Below, in pieces: positions 17,569 to 28,100 of a DNA stretch of 64,000 bases (its first letter is position 1; every line of letters begins with the position of its first letter). Made by a program: the position numbers and the translations under genes. The DNA is from a virus. Where the stretch lies: positions 1-64,000 of the IMG/VR virus record IMGVR_UViG_3300028146_000010. One strand, given 5' to 3'. A model generated the notes under the pieces. That model was not told the DNA's origin and did not search any database. It saw nothing but the letters and a program-made list of their open reading frames with translations.

Positions 17569-20241
17569 TCATTTCTTTTTCGCGGACGGCTTGGGCACCG
17601 CCTTCGGTTTTGGTTTGGCCTTCTCAATGCGAATCTTATGGTCAGCCTCTACCTTCGCCTCTTCCAATGTTTGCTTGTGAGTCTTATCGGCCATTGCCGT
17701 TTCGTGTGCTCTATCCGCCGCGTTCTGCTCAGCTTCGTGCTGCTGGGTGGATTGCTCTTGAGCGTACTGAAGCTGCGCACTGGGATCAGGCTCTGTGGAT
17801 TCTGGCTGTTGACCTTCCTGCTGAGCGTTCAATTCTAATGCGTGAGCGCCGATAGCGGCAGGGGCAGCATGAGCGGCAGCAACCGTGCCTGCGCCCATCG
17901 CCCGAGCCGACTCCTGCTCCACACTGCTTTGAAACATTCCTCTAGCTAGCAGAGAACAGGCCCGGCGCAACGGCATTGGACTGTTGATTAATTCATCCCA
18001 ATCGAGGGCTTCAGCAAACCATTTTGCCTTCTCGTCCAGTTTTAACTCTGCTTCATCAATCGGCGGATCGATAGCATCAATAAGCACTTGAGGATCAACA
18101 TCATCAGACTGCTGTACCTGCATAGCCTGCTTCATCTGATTCAGGCGCTTACGGCATAGCTCACCAACTGCGTCATAGTCATCAGTATCCAAGTCTACGT
18201 CAAACACATCTTCCAGCTCGCTGATCATCTTGGCATTGGCTTGCTGTAGCGCCGCGTATCCTTCCGCGCCGCCCAACACGCCAAAGAATTGCGTGAGATT
18301 CTTTTGCCGCGTAAACGGGCCTTTGGGCATTTCGCTGTTGCGGACGACCTCGAACACTAAATCGGCCTTCAAGTCCGCACCTGACAACTCCACGCCTTGA
18401 GTCTGTCCGTATCGCCCACTAAGCGCAAAGTAACGAGGCAGTGGAAAGTGTTGGCGGAACAAGTTGACGGTAATCTCTGCGCCACGTTTGCGAGCGTCAG
18501 CCTTAATCTGAAATATCGGCTGGTTGATGGAGTCGGCATTGCCCTGATCAATCTCTGCGGCTGTGGCCGTGGTGTTCGTTGCCGTAATTCCCGGTTCACC
18601 CTGCTGGTAGTCACTAACCATGCTGGTTTTCTGAAACATTACGTTCAGGAAGTTCTGGGCATAGTTAAAGAATTGTCCCGGCATGGCGGTGGGTTGGAAT
18701 TGGTAGATAGAGTCGGCTAGTTTACGGCCCTCCGGCAGTTTGGTTAAGTCAAACGGGATGTTAGTCCGTGGCGTGCCAATGTACTTCATCTTACTTCCCG
18801 TCCAGATTTGGTTGTCATAACCAATGGCCGGAGTGTAGGTGGATGACATGTACGAGAGAGCTTGATTGTTGAGCGTGTTGAACTGTTTTTGGATTTCCAC
18901 CGTGTCGGCTAATCCGCGACCACTACCTGTCTGCGTTTGAGTAAACCATGTGCCCGATACGATGTGATCTTTATGCCTTTCAGGGTAAATTGCCAATACC
19001 ACCGCCATGCCGTTTAGGCCCACCGCACACAGGCCATCGGGAAATACATCGGTGAGCTTACCTTTCGGCAACGTTGGCCCATCCACCGTGGCTTCATCAC
19101 CAATCAGGTTAATATCCGCATAGCAATCCGGCGACATCCAGAACTCATTGAAAGTCACCGTATCACCCTTACCGCCCTCTTCGTCTCTAGCATGGCGTTG
19201 ATTGCCATAGTTCGAGAAGCCTGACATTGCACTACCCTGATGCCCCAACGCCCTCAGTACCTCTAACCCGTGATCACGATCAGAGTCTCCTTGAGGCAGT
19301 AACACGTTTCCAAGCACGCGAGTAATAGAGCCTTTAGGAATTTCCTGATTGTACATAAACCAATCGGAGTCTTCTGGCCGTTTCGCCAAATCCCAGCGGC
19401 AAGCAGGCATGGGTAATAACTCACAGACCAGATCACCAATCTGCCGTCTCTGTTGACCCGTCATGCTGTGGATGTCGTCGCTGGCAGGTGGCGTAACACT
19501 GACAGCAGTAGATCGGCAGTTAGGACATCGCGGCTCAGCGGCTAATGGCCCATTACCACCTAACGCGCCTAACGATTCATCACCGTCGTTCATGAATTCA
19601 GTTGCCGTACCTGCGTACTCACAATCACCACATAGTCCCGCGCCCTCACCCATTGTCACCGACTTTTGCTCAAACACATCCTGCAATACCGTCATGCTGA
19701 TTTTGGCATCGTCAAGCCGATAACGGTCGATGTAAGTGCCAAATGTCATGCCCATTAGTCCTTCTTGCTGGGAAAACCAATGGTTGTAGAATTGACGTTC
19801 GTAGTAGTTGTTGATGGAGTCAGCGGACTTCGCGGCAGATGCGCAAGTGTCAAGATTGCGACCGGGACGGATGAGGATGTCAGGATTAGAACCTTCCCAT
19901 TTGGCAAGAAGGTTCTGCTTCAGATTGTTCATGACGTTTAGAGCGCGGCGATCTTCATTGCCACTGGTCATAGGAAGAACGCCCCAGCTGCCATCGTAAG
20001 GGTTGCGAGCTAAGAACTGCTTGCCGTTGATGTAAAGGGAGGTGAGTTGACCGACGTTGACTATCTCACGGAAGACGTTTTTATCCTTGCGATGGAAATG
20101 TTGAAACCTTTCCGCGAGAGCTTTAGCGATGTATGAATCTGGCCGTTTCCCGCCACGAGACAATTCCAACAACGGTTTCGTAGGCGCGAAATTCTGATAC
20201 GGAACAATCTGCGCAGGGGATGGTTGGAGTTCAGCGGCCAT
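17569..20241 (-). CDS. portal protein
   Basis: 890 aa; NNLKQNLLAKWEGSNPDILIRP, GRGLADTVEIQKQFNTLNNQ, TATAAEI motifs and Gln-rich tail typical of P22-like portals. Confidence 0.85.
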   Translation of the reverse strand: MAAELQPSPAQIVPYQNFAPTKPLLELSRGGKRPDSYIAKALAERFQHFHRKDKNVFREIVNVGQLTSLYINGKQFLARNPYDGSWGVLPMTSGNEDRRALNVMNNLKQNLLAKWEGSNPDILIRPGRNLDTCASAAKSADSINNYYERQFYNHWFSQQEGLMGMTFGTYIDRYRLDDAKISMTVLQDVFEQKSVTMGEGAGLCGDCEYAGTATEFMNDGDESLGALGGNGPLAAEPRCPNCRSTAVSVTPPASDDIHSMTGQQRRQIGDLVCELLPMPACRWDLAKRPEDSDWFMYNQEIPKGSITRVLGNVLLPQGDSDRDHGLEVLRALGHQGSAMSGFSNYGNQRHARDEEGGKGDTVTFNEFWMSPDCYADINLIGDEATVDGPTLPKGKLTDVFPDGLCAVGLNGMAVVLAIYPERHKDHIVSGTWFTQTQTGSGRGLADTVEIQKQFNTLNNQALSYMSSTYTPAIGYDNQIWTGSKMKYIGTPRTNIPFDLTKLPEGRKLADSIYQFQPTAMPGQFFNYAQNFLNVMFQKTSMVSDYQQGEPGITATNTTATAAEIDQGNADSINQPIFQIKADARKRGAEITVNLFRQHFPLPRYFALSGRYGQTQGVELSGADLKADLVFEVVRNSEMPKGPFTRQKNLTQFFGVLGGAEGYAALQQANAKMISELEDVFDVDLDTDDYDAVGELCRKRLNQMKQAMQVQQSDDVDPQVLIDAIDPPIDEAELKLDEKAKWFAEALDWDELINSPMPLRRACSLLARGMFQSSVEQESARAMGAGTVAAAHAAPAAIGAHALELNAQQEGQQPESTEPDPSAQLQYAQEQSTQQHEAEQNAADRAHETAMADKTHKQTLEEAKVEADHKIRIEKAKPKPKAVPKPSAKKK

Positions 20242-20243
20242 TG

Positions 20244-20567
20244 CTATTCAGGGATGCGGGCAAATATCGGAGCGCCATTAACCATGTTCTTACATGAATT
20301 TACCTCGATATTTGAACCATTCACCCGCAATACCTTCATCTCGTGATAGCGCGTTTTAGTTCGCATTCGAGGTTCAGCAAATCGCTGTGAGATGCGCCAG
20401 AGCCAATGCCAAGAATCCTCTGCATGATTATGAAACCACATTAGAACTCGCCAGATGATCCGATGATGCCACGGCCACGGATCGCGGCCTATCGGAACTT
20501 CATAAGGTGAGTAAAGCTTCCAATGTGTTTGGCCTTCAACCAGTGACGGCATTGTTACTTTCATCAA
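20244..20567 (-). CDS. hypothetical protein
   Basis: Coupled ORF between terL and portal. Confidence 0.5.
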   Translation of the reverse strand: MMKVTMPSLVEGQTHWKLYSPYEVPIGRDPWPWHHRIIWRVLMWFHNHAEDSWHWLWRISQRFAEPRMRTKTRYHEMKVLRVNGSNIEVNSCKNMVNGAPIFARIPE

Positions 20568-20842
20568 AACTCCACATCAGGCATTCCGACAGGAGGCCCG
20601 AAGTTATGCACATGACCATCTTGACAGGTTACACAGACAAGTTGATAGCAAGTAAGGCAATAGGTAGATACGAACGTAATAATAGTCGGCAGACCACAAA
20701 CCCCGCACGGTCGTATGTTTTTTGATTCAACCACACGGGCAAACGCCAAGTTGGACTCAACGTGACGCTGATGCTCAAGTAATTCATTTGATTTCATCAT
20801 TTCCTCAAGCCACGGCCATGCTTTAGGATAGGTGTTATTCAT
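20564..20842 (-). CDS. small Cys-rich protein
   Basis: Three CxxC motifs; ATGA overlaps. Confidence 0.55.
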   Translation of the reverse strand: MNNTYPKAWPWLEEMMKSNELLEHQRHVESNLAFARVVESKNIRPCGVCGLPTIITFVSTYCLTCYQLVCVTCQDGHVHNFGPPVGMPDVEF

Positions 20843-21216
20843 TGTTCTGCTTCATACTCAATCGGCAACCCCTCACCCCGCATCTCAGCTTCCCATCGAC
20901 GTTCAGCGTCCTCTACATCATGCCCAGCCTCAACCGCGCATCGCTTGTAAAACTCTAACTTTGCGTAGTCAATTTCAGTCGGCTCATGGGTATAGCCCTT
21001 GGGGTGGCCCTTGTTGGGTTCGACCTTCGCGGGCGGCTCAGTGTCAAGCGCATACCCGCCCTGCTTGGTGACGAACCGAGAAGTTAGTTGCAGGATGGTC
21101 CAATCCTTCGCGGCCCGTTCCGCGTCCAGCCGCTTCTCTGCATCGACAGCACGCCTGAGAGCGGTGGACAACTCCCGCTCCAATCGCTTGAGTTCACGAG
21201 AAGACAGCCACGGCAT
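20839..21216 (-). CDS. hypothetical coiled-coil protein
   Basis: 125-aa ORF in operon. Confidence 0.6.
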   Translation of the reverse strand: MPWLSSRELKRLERELSTALRRAVDAEKRLDAERAAKDWTILQLTSRFVTKQGGYALDTEPPAKVEPNKGHPKGYTHEPTEIDYAKLEFYKRCAVEAGHDVEDAERRWEAEMRGEGLPIEYEAEQ

Positions 21217-21294
21217 AGATAATTATGCTGCGCATCCACCTATCCGACGCAGGAAACCAGAAAGAGACGGATGCAGCGAACGCGCAGCAAGTCC

Positions 21295-21651
21295 TCACTC
21301 TGGGGGATAAGCTGCCCCACTGACTACGTTTTGGTCGGCGTAGGTCAGGTTCACAAGCTGAGCGCCAGTAGTCAAATTAAGTATCCGAGCATCGGACAAC
21401 TCCGTTGAATACAACCCCAGCGTGATGCCAAGATTAATGCAATCCACCATCGGACGCTGATCGGCGTGCAGCAATGCACCTGCCGCCGTAACCGCGTTTT
21501 GCAACCCTTGGTTTGTGTTAGCGGCAGCGATTGTCGTGTTATTTAAGAACGCAGGTGCCGCATAAGCAGCAAGCGAACCTTTGCAAACGCCACCGATTTG
21601 TTGCGCCGATAGTTGTTGGGCATCTATGTGGAGGCCCGCAAGCTGTGCCAT
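21295..21651 (-). CDS. hypothetical (possible virion) protein
   Basis: 118 aa, RBS GGGAG. Confidence 0.6.
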   Translation of the reverse strand: MAQLAGLHIDAQQLSAQQIGGVCKGSLAAYAAPAFLNNTTIAAANTNQGLQNAVTAAGALLHADQRPMVDCINLGITLGLYSTELSDARILNLTTGAQLVNLTYADQNVVSGAAYPPE

Positions 21652-21666
21652 TGATTTTCTCCCTTG

Positions 21667-22050
21667 TTATGCGGCTGGGGCTGCTTTTTTAGCAACGGCT
21701 TCCGCTTCCTTGTCCTGTCGGCCCTTGATCCGAATTACTTCTTGCTCGAATCGAGCAATCGTAGAGTCACCGGGCGCGACCGAACCGCCCTTGTAAATCG
21801 CTTCAGCATGATAGACCAAGTCCCTGCGGTGGGATTCGAGGCTGTGTGCGAAATCAGCATCGCCGCCCTCAACATTGCGAACCTTATCCCATGCCTCAAC
21901 CGCCGCGACCGCACAGCCGGGAATTGCACTGTGAGCCACGGAGACTTCAGCGGTGTGAGCGGGTACGTCAACGCTGACTACGGCGTGACCGTCCTTGTCG
22001 TCTACTTTGAGGGCCGATTTGCCCTTTGGTGATTCTTTTACGTTTGTCAT
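21667..22050 (-). CDS. hypothetical protein
   Basis: 127 aa, ATGA overlap. Confidence 0.6.
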   Translation of the reverse strand: MTNVKESPKGKSALKVDDKDGHAVVSVDVPAHTAEVSVAHSAIPGCAVAAVEAWDKVRNVEGGDADFAHSLESHRRDLVYHAEAIYKGGSVAPGDSTIARFEQEVIRIKGRQDKEAEAVAKKAAPAA

Positions 22051-22250
22051 GGTTTGATTTTCTCCGGTGATGGGTATCGAATTTTAGGTCGGCGCGACTT
22101 TTTCGCCTCACTCATCGCAATCGCTACCGCCTGCTTGTTAGCCTTGTCTGCGCCGAACTTTGCTGCCGTGTGGGCATAAGTGTTGCCCGTATGAAGTTCT
22201 TTGATATTAGAACTGATTGTGTTTTGCGATGAACCGGGTTTTAATGGCAT
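22047..22250 (-). CDS. small conserved phage protein (MPLK...KQAVAIAMSEA type)
   Basis: MPLKPGSSQNTISSNIKEL and KQAVAIAMSEAKK motif, common near terminase/portal genes. Confidence 0.7.
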   Translation of the reverse strand: MPLKPGSSQNTISSNIKELHTGNTYAHTAAKFGADKANKQAVAIAMSEAKKSRRPKIRYPSPEKIKP

Positions 22251-22903
22251 CGATCACTCCCAACGTCGCACGCGCTCACCGTTACATCGAAAGCGCGGCT
22301 TGCTTAAAATCATCGAGATACGGGTCAGCGCCACTTCGTTTTGATCCGCACCATGTCTCACTGCGTATAATAACATCTCCGGTGTAGGGAGAGGCGTTAA
22401 GGTTGAATCTGACGCTTGCCACTTTTGACCTTCAATCATGGTTTCATCCTATCAGGTTTCGGAAACCGCATCTTTGGTCGCTTCGGTGTCTGCGACCCAC
22501 TCACCTTCAACATCTGTCTTGCTGGTGATGGCAACAACTTCGCTGGACTATGCTCACCAATCGCCATTGCTTCATCGAGGGGCTGATTCATTTGGTGCTG
22601 CATGGGTTGCGGAAATCCACCGTGACCCGCCACGGGTTGACGTTTCAATGCGCCGATGTTGCTGAAATTAACCGCCATTGCGTTTCACGAAAGGCACGGC
22701 GGGAAGACCACGCACTAAGCTGTCAACCGCGTCGCTTAGGTTCTGTTGCAGCATTACAACGTCATCACTGTCCGACACCTGCTCGCTGAGATAAAACCGT
22801 TTCACCGCTGCGCGTAACACGGCATTTTCAAGACGCTGAACCTCGCTAGCTGCCGCTTCTATTTCCACCATCGAAGCAAATGTACGCGCAAATGGCGCGG
22901 GCG

Positions 22904-24877
22904 TCAATCTTCTTCTTGATCGTCGATGCCGATGGGGCGGTTGAACTCGTCAAACGTGACTAACTTTAGATTCGTTGCCCGACGTTTCGCTCTGGCCTGC
23001 TGGAAGTTATAAGCCATCTCCAATTCAGGGGTCAGACCGTGTTCGTAGGGCGAGCGTTTCAGTAATTCTTCGTAGCGGTAAGGTTCAGGGGTGGCGATAA
23101 CGACTTCCTCGGCTTCGGTCAGTTGATCCGCTTGAACGCCAAAGGTCGCCATCAGCCCACGGGCGCTATCGACCCAATCGTCATCAATCTTCTTTGCTCC
23201 TGCGTTACGATGCGAGTATAGCGGCATCTCAAATCGCGCCCGCGCTAATCCACCTGAATCTCTCGCGCCTGTGACGCGGAGTTTTAAGTTACCATCAATG
23301 TACAACTCGCCCTGACCATTCTCCACTACGAAATAGATTCGCGGCTTACCCATGAGTGGTTGACCTGCCTGCGGGTGTCCCGCCGGATACCGACGAAACG
23401 GATGAGGCTTAGAGCGGTCAATTTCAAGTAAGTTTTGAATCTGTGGTACACCGCTACCCTTTGCCGCTTTCCATTTGTTAAAGAATAGTTGAAGGTCACT
23501 AGGCAGATCGATTATCAACGTGTTGCGCGCCGCTGATGCTTCATGTGACATTTTGGACTGTTCGATCTGGCTCTCAACGATCCGCATCTCAGATTGAAAG
23601 GCTTTAACCGCTGCCGACACCCTGCCGGGACTAACTAGCTCCGCTTCCATTGATGGATCGTAGGGAAACTTTGGCAGCACTACCTCACCGATAACGAAGT
23701 GAGAATCATCATGCGGACAAGTCTTATCGGGCCGGGTAATGAAACACACCGACGAGGGATGTTGTCTGGTAGTCCCCCAGTCAAATCCACGACCCTTGTG
23801 CCACCGAGCCGGAATAAAGAACCCATTCTCATCCTTCATCGGCACATGCGGAAACCCTGCGGCCATCTCACTGCGGGTGATGATGTGGTAAACCTCATCC
23901 CATTCACGGAAATCCTTGTCGTCACCAACCTTAGTGACATCTTGCTGGCATTCCCTTTCAAATAAATCTTTCCCAATCTGGTTTAGAATAGATTCGCAGT
24001 AAGGAATAGGTAGCGCGGGGTCGAATGGCTCTCCTGCTGTAATCACCCAACGCTTTCCACCGCTGGGCATGTCCACTTTTTCCGCATCGTACCATTTCAT
24101 TAGCGGGTATGGCCCTTTAGGGTCATGGTCGATAAGCATGTCCGCTCGGTGATCCATAATTTGCGAAACAATAGAATCCCGATGAATTAAATTCTGGAAA
24201 ACCACATTCAGCGTGTTCGCATAACCAGCAAGAAGAATTTCGGATTTAAGCAAGTCGAGATTCTTGGCAATGACATCAGGCGACTCACCAAGGCTATCAA
24301 TGTCGTCAAACACAAGCAGGTCAAATCGCATGTCATCTTCAGACTTGAATCCACGATTTGAACCCTGCAAAGTAATTGGCACAATGGTCTGTCCTGCTTC
24401 GGTAACGAGACGATCCTGTGACCACGAGTTGAATGCATTGCGGTACTTTTGGACTCGGGGCTTTAGGTGGGGATAATCTTTAAGCAGCGCGGAATTTTCC
24501 AACTTGCGCCGAACGCCGTTAAAGTGCTGAGTAGCCTTAGCGTCTGTGCCGGAAATGTAGCCGATAGTTTGCCGACGCTTGCGAGCGAGAATGGATACCA
24601 GCCAAGTCTCCGCTGTAGTCGATTTTCCGGCCCCCCTTGGCTGACATTCTATGCGCGGGCGATAATAAACATCAGGCTGAATACCCCATCCCCAACTCCA
24701 GAAGTCGGATTGGTAACTAGTAAAGTCGCGGGTAAAGGGCTTTGGAAAATAATGCTTGACCCATGCTTGCCACCCCTCGGCCTCCAACGCCGCACCTTTG
24801 GACTGCGGGCCTGCTAACGCCAGTGCTTTGGCGACCGTTGCGGCTATGGTCAGGCCGGATAGTTTGCCGTTGGGCAT
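22904..24877 (-). CDS. terL: terminase large subunit
   Basis: Walker A PRGAGKST, Walker B LLVFDDID, FERECQQD, nuclease GFDWGTT and DDWVDS. Confidence 0.9.
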   Translation of the reverse strand: MPNGKLSGLTIAATVAKALALAGPQSKGAALEAEGWQAWVKHYFPKPFTRDFTSYQSDFWSWGWGIQPDVYYRPRIECQPRGAGKSTTAETWLVSILARKRRQTIGYISGTDAKATQHFNGVRRKLENSALLKDYPHLKPRVQKYRNAFNSWSQDRLVTEAGQTIVPITLQGSNRGFKSEDDMRFDLLVFDDIDSLGESPDVIAKNLDLLKSEILLAGYANTLNVVFQNLIHRDSIVSQIMDHRADMLIDHDPKGPYPLMKWYDAEKVDMPSGGKRWVITAGEPFDPALPIPYCESILNQIGKDLFERECQQDVTKVGDDKDFREWDEVYHIITRSEMAAGFPHVPMKDENGFFIPARWHKGRGFDWGTTRQHPSSVCFITRPDKTCPHDDSHFVIGEVVLPKFPYDPSMEAELVSPGRVSAAVKAFQSEMRIVESQIEQSKMSHEASAARNTLIIDLPSDLQLFFNKWKAAKGSGVPQIQNLLEIDRSKPHPFRRYPAGHPQAGQPLMGKPRIYFVVENGQGELYIDGNLKLRVTGARDSGGLARARFEMPLYSHRNAGAKKIDDDWVDSARGLMATFGVQADQLTEAEEVVIATPEPYRYEELLKRSPYEHGLTPELEMAYNFQQARAKRRATNLKLVTFDEFNRPIGIDDQEED

Positions 24878-24880
24878 CGG

Positions 24881-25141
24881 TTAGACCACGTCACCGCCTA
24901 CACTGTTTCTCGGTATCGGTGAATCGTAAATGACAGGTTTTTTGGTTTGCTGACGATTGCGGAATTGGTTGCCAAAGTTGAAGGCTGATGCGCCGAGTTG
25001 TCCAGCATCGTTGCTCTCTTCAGGTGGCGGCTGCGAAGTAAACTGCGAGAAGGTCGGCGCGGGCATGGCAGTGGCGGTTTGCGGGTCGATGTAGGGAGCG
25101 AGTGATACGTCGGCTAGTGCGTTGCGTCGTGGTGGTGTCAT
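24881..25141 (-). CDS. small Pro/Gln-rich protein, possible ejection protein
   Basis: 86 aa, RBS GAGGG. Confidence 0.5.
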   Translation of the reverse strand: MTPPRRNALADVSLAPYIDPQTATAMPAPTFSQFTSQPPPEESNDAGQLGASAFNFGNQFRNRQQTKKPVIYDSPIPRNSVGGDVV

Positions 25142-25151
25142 TGTCGTCCCT

Positions 25152-28100
25152 CTATGGCGCTGCCGCTAGCACCGTCCGTGGCTGTCGTGGTTTCGCGGCC
25201 TTGCGTGGCTGAGTTCTGCGGTACGCATCGGCAACTTGCTCGGGAATCTTACGAATCGCCTCAGCCTTGTCCTTCTCGCTCATCTTATCATAAGCCGAGC
25301 TACTTACCAGTGCGTCTGTTTGTTGCTGGATGTTGTAATTCACGGTTCGTCGTCGTTGCTCGTATTCATCAGGCGTTTCGTCAGGTTGAATTATCACGCC
25401 CTTTACATTGACACCCAACCGCTTCATTTCATCGCTGCCTTTAGATGGTTGGTTATTGAATACAGGGCTGATATTGAACGGCACTTGCTGCCGCAATCCC
25501 GGCACGCCCATTTCCATTGCTTGAGTGAACCCTTTGGGCCTACGCCGCGCTATCTCTGTTTCCTCTTTGTCGGTAGCTTTTGCTAACTCCTGCATGATTT
25601 GCGGTTCGACCCTCGCGGCCAGCCATTTACCCATCTGCGTTGACATCGTTTCGCCGTTCTTTAGCGAACTCACAGCATCGACATACTCATTGAGAAATGG
25701 GACTTGTTGAGCGGTGCCCTTTGCGCCAGTCGCCAGCCCTGTGCGTACTCGTTGCCCCAAACTTTGATCTTTATTCTGTGCTACTTGACTCTGAATCTCA
25801 CGTTTCAGTGTGGAGGTAAATTGCGCCAACTCATTCGGCGGACTATGTAGCGCCCAATGCGGGATCGTCACAGGGCCGACCTTCACATCACCGGGTTTCA
25901 CTTCGTTCTTATCACCGGCACCGCCATAGTAGCCGCCTAGTGCCACTTTGCCTGCGCCTGCGCCGCTCAGTCCGCCTAACGCCATGTAAATTAGACCTAC
26001 AGAACCGCGTTTCAATAACCGCATGGTCTTGTCTGCGGCCTCGGGACTGAGTTTGCCCATTAAGTCAGGGTTGCGACGTTCTAACTCTTTTGCCGCTTCA
26101 ACTATCGTGGCGTCCATGTTATGCGTAGATGTCTCCGCTACCGCCCGTCGTAACCGCACTTCACTGGCAATGCCGCGAGCAATGCCACGGGGAAGTCCTA
26201 AACCATATTCACCGATAAGTTGACCAAAGAGATAATTTGACGGTACGCGCTCCACGGGTACGAATATACGGCTGACATCTTGCCCTTCCTTGCTTAACAT
26301 TCGTCGCCCACCGCGAACCATTCTACTGAACGGGTTATCGCCCAGCATCATGATTTCTTCCGCGTGCTTTGCGGCAGCGTCGTCAATCCACTGCTTCACG
26401 TCAGGATCGTTAACGTCCATTCCCTGCTTTTCCGCCCATTGACGATTCTGTACTTTAGCGCGAGCGTTTTCACCCGATCCGAGAATGTTCTTTTCGGCCA
26501 TGTGAACACGCCCCGGCACGGCAAGGACGGTTCCGGCTTTTGTAGGAATTTGAGGATAACGCTTCCCTGCTTCTAACGTGAGCGAGGTTTCGCCTGACAT
26601 TAACGCACGAGGTATGTCTTTGACACCGCGACCAATCCCACGGGCAAATTCGGCTTCTGACTCGCCACTAATTCGCTGCCCATGACGCGGGGCCATTTCG
26701 GCGGTACGGGGAAACAATTTGCGCGCACCTTCACCTGCTACTTCGCCCATGTACTGTTGGGCGGCTGACTGGCCTAATGCCGATCCAATCTTACCAATGG
26801 TACGGGTTCCGGTGAGTAGGCCAGCGCGTACACCTGCCGCTGTGTAAGCCAGCCCTTTCTGAAACACATTCTTGTTCCGCCAATCAATCACATTGCCTAA
26901 ATTATCAATCTGCGATTGCAGGATTTTCGCGTTACGTTTAGCAACGCGCACCTCGTCGGTTTCAGGCGTGACTTTCTGTTCAGGCTTAACGGCCCGCTGA
27001 CCAGTCTTCTGCATGTCGGTCAATTCAGCCTGCATGTCACGGACTTTACCCGCCCATCGCTGGCCGCTGGCCTTCTGTACGTTCAAGGTCTTCCGTGCTT
27101 CGGCTTCGTATTCCGCCCAGCTACCCGTTGCGCCGTAGAAGGATGCTTTCGGCTGCGGAGCTTCACGAGCTTTGCGCGCCGCGTCGGCTCGCATGTCAGT
27201 GACGATCTGGCGAAGTGTGGCTCGTTCTTTTTCTGCGGCTCCGATTTCAGGCGACCACAGTGACCTTGCACCTTCACGAACCTCTGGCTTGACCTTACCT
27301 GATCGAATCGCTGCCTGATTCTCAGAGATAGACTTATTGAGTTCGGTTAGCCGCCGCTCAACTGCCTTCTGGTCAGCCGCAGGATCGCTAATCAGTGCCG
27401 CCGCTTTCTCTAGCCCCGCCTGCTCGGCTTTCAGTTGCCGCAGTTCGCTGTCAGGGATGACTTGTTGCCGCCCCTGAACCTCTTTCTTGCCGCTCGCTAT
27501 CCATGACTTCAACTGCTCAATTCGATTGCGGGTGGTCTGTTTCGCCTTGTCCAGTGGAGTAGCCTGCTCGGTTTCAGGGTTATAAGGCTTCTCACCTAAC
27601 TTCACCCCTTGCTCGCGCATAGCGTCTTGGAGTTCACGAAGGGCGCGGCGCTGATCTTCGGTGGGTTTATCACGTTGTTGGCCCCGGCGTAACGGCCTGA
27701 TTCCTTTTTCCACGACATCAGCCTTGCCTGACGTGGAAGCGAGAATAGATTGAACTTCATTCAGTTTCTTTTCTACCGCGTCGGTAGTTGTTTTCTTGAT
27801 TTGTCCATAGCCTGAAATAAGGTCACTAACTTCACGCTTTGAAAGATCAGAAACGTCCTTTAAGTGAGCATGGATAGAATCAACTATGTCCCCTGCTTTT
27901 GTAACGCCATCTTCGATGTAATTACGCGCCAAGTCTCGAACTACCCGCGCCATTTCCCCTGCCTTAGCGGGATCGAACTCGCCCTTCTCACTGTGAATAA
28001 ATTCAGCAACGGATCGGGAGCCTGTAAGTTTGGCGAATTGCTGTTTTAGATCGGCGCGTTCAGTAGCTAACACCTCGCGGGTTCTCTGTCGCGCTTGGGA

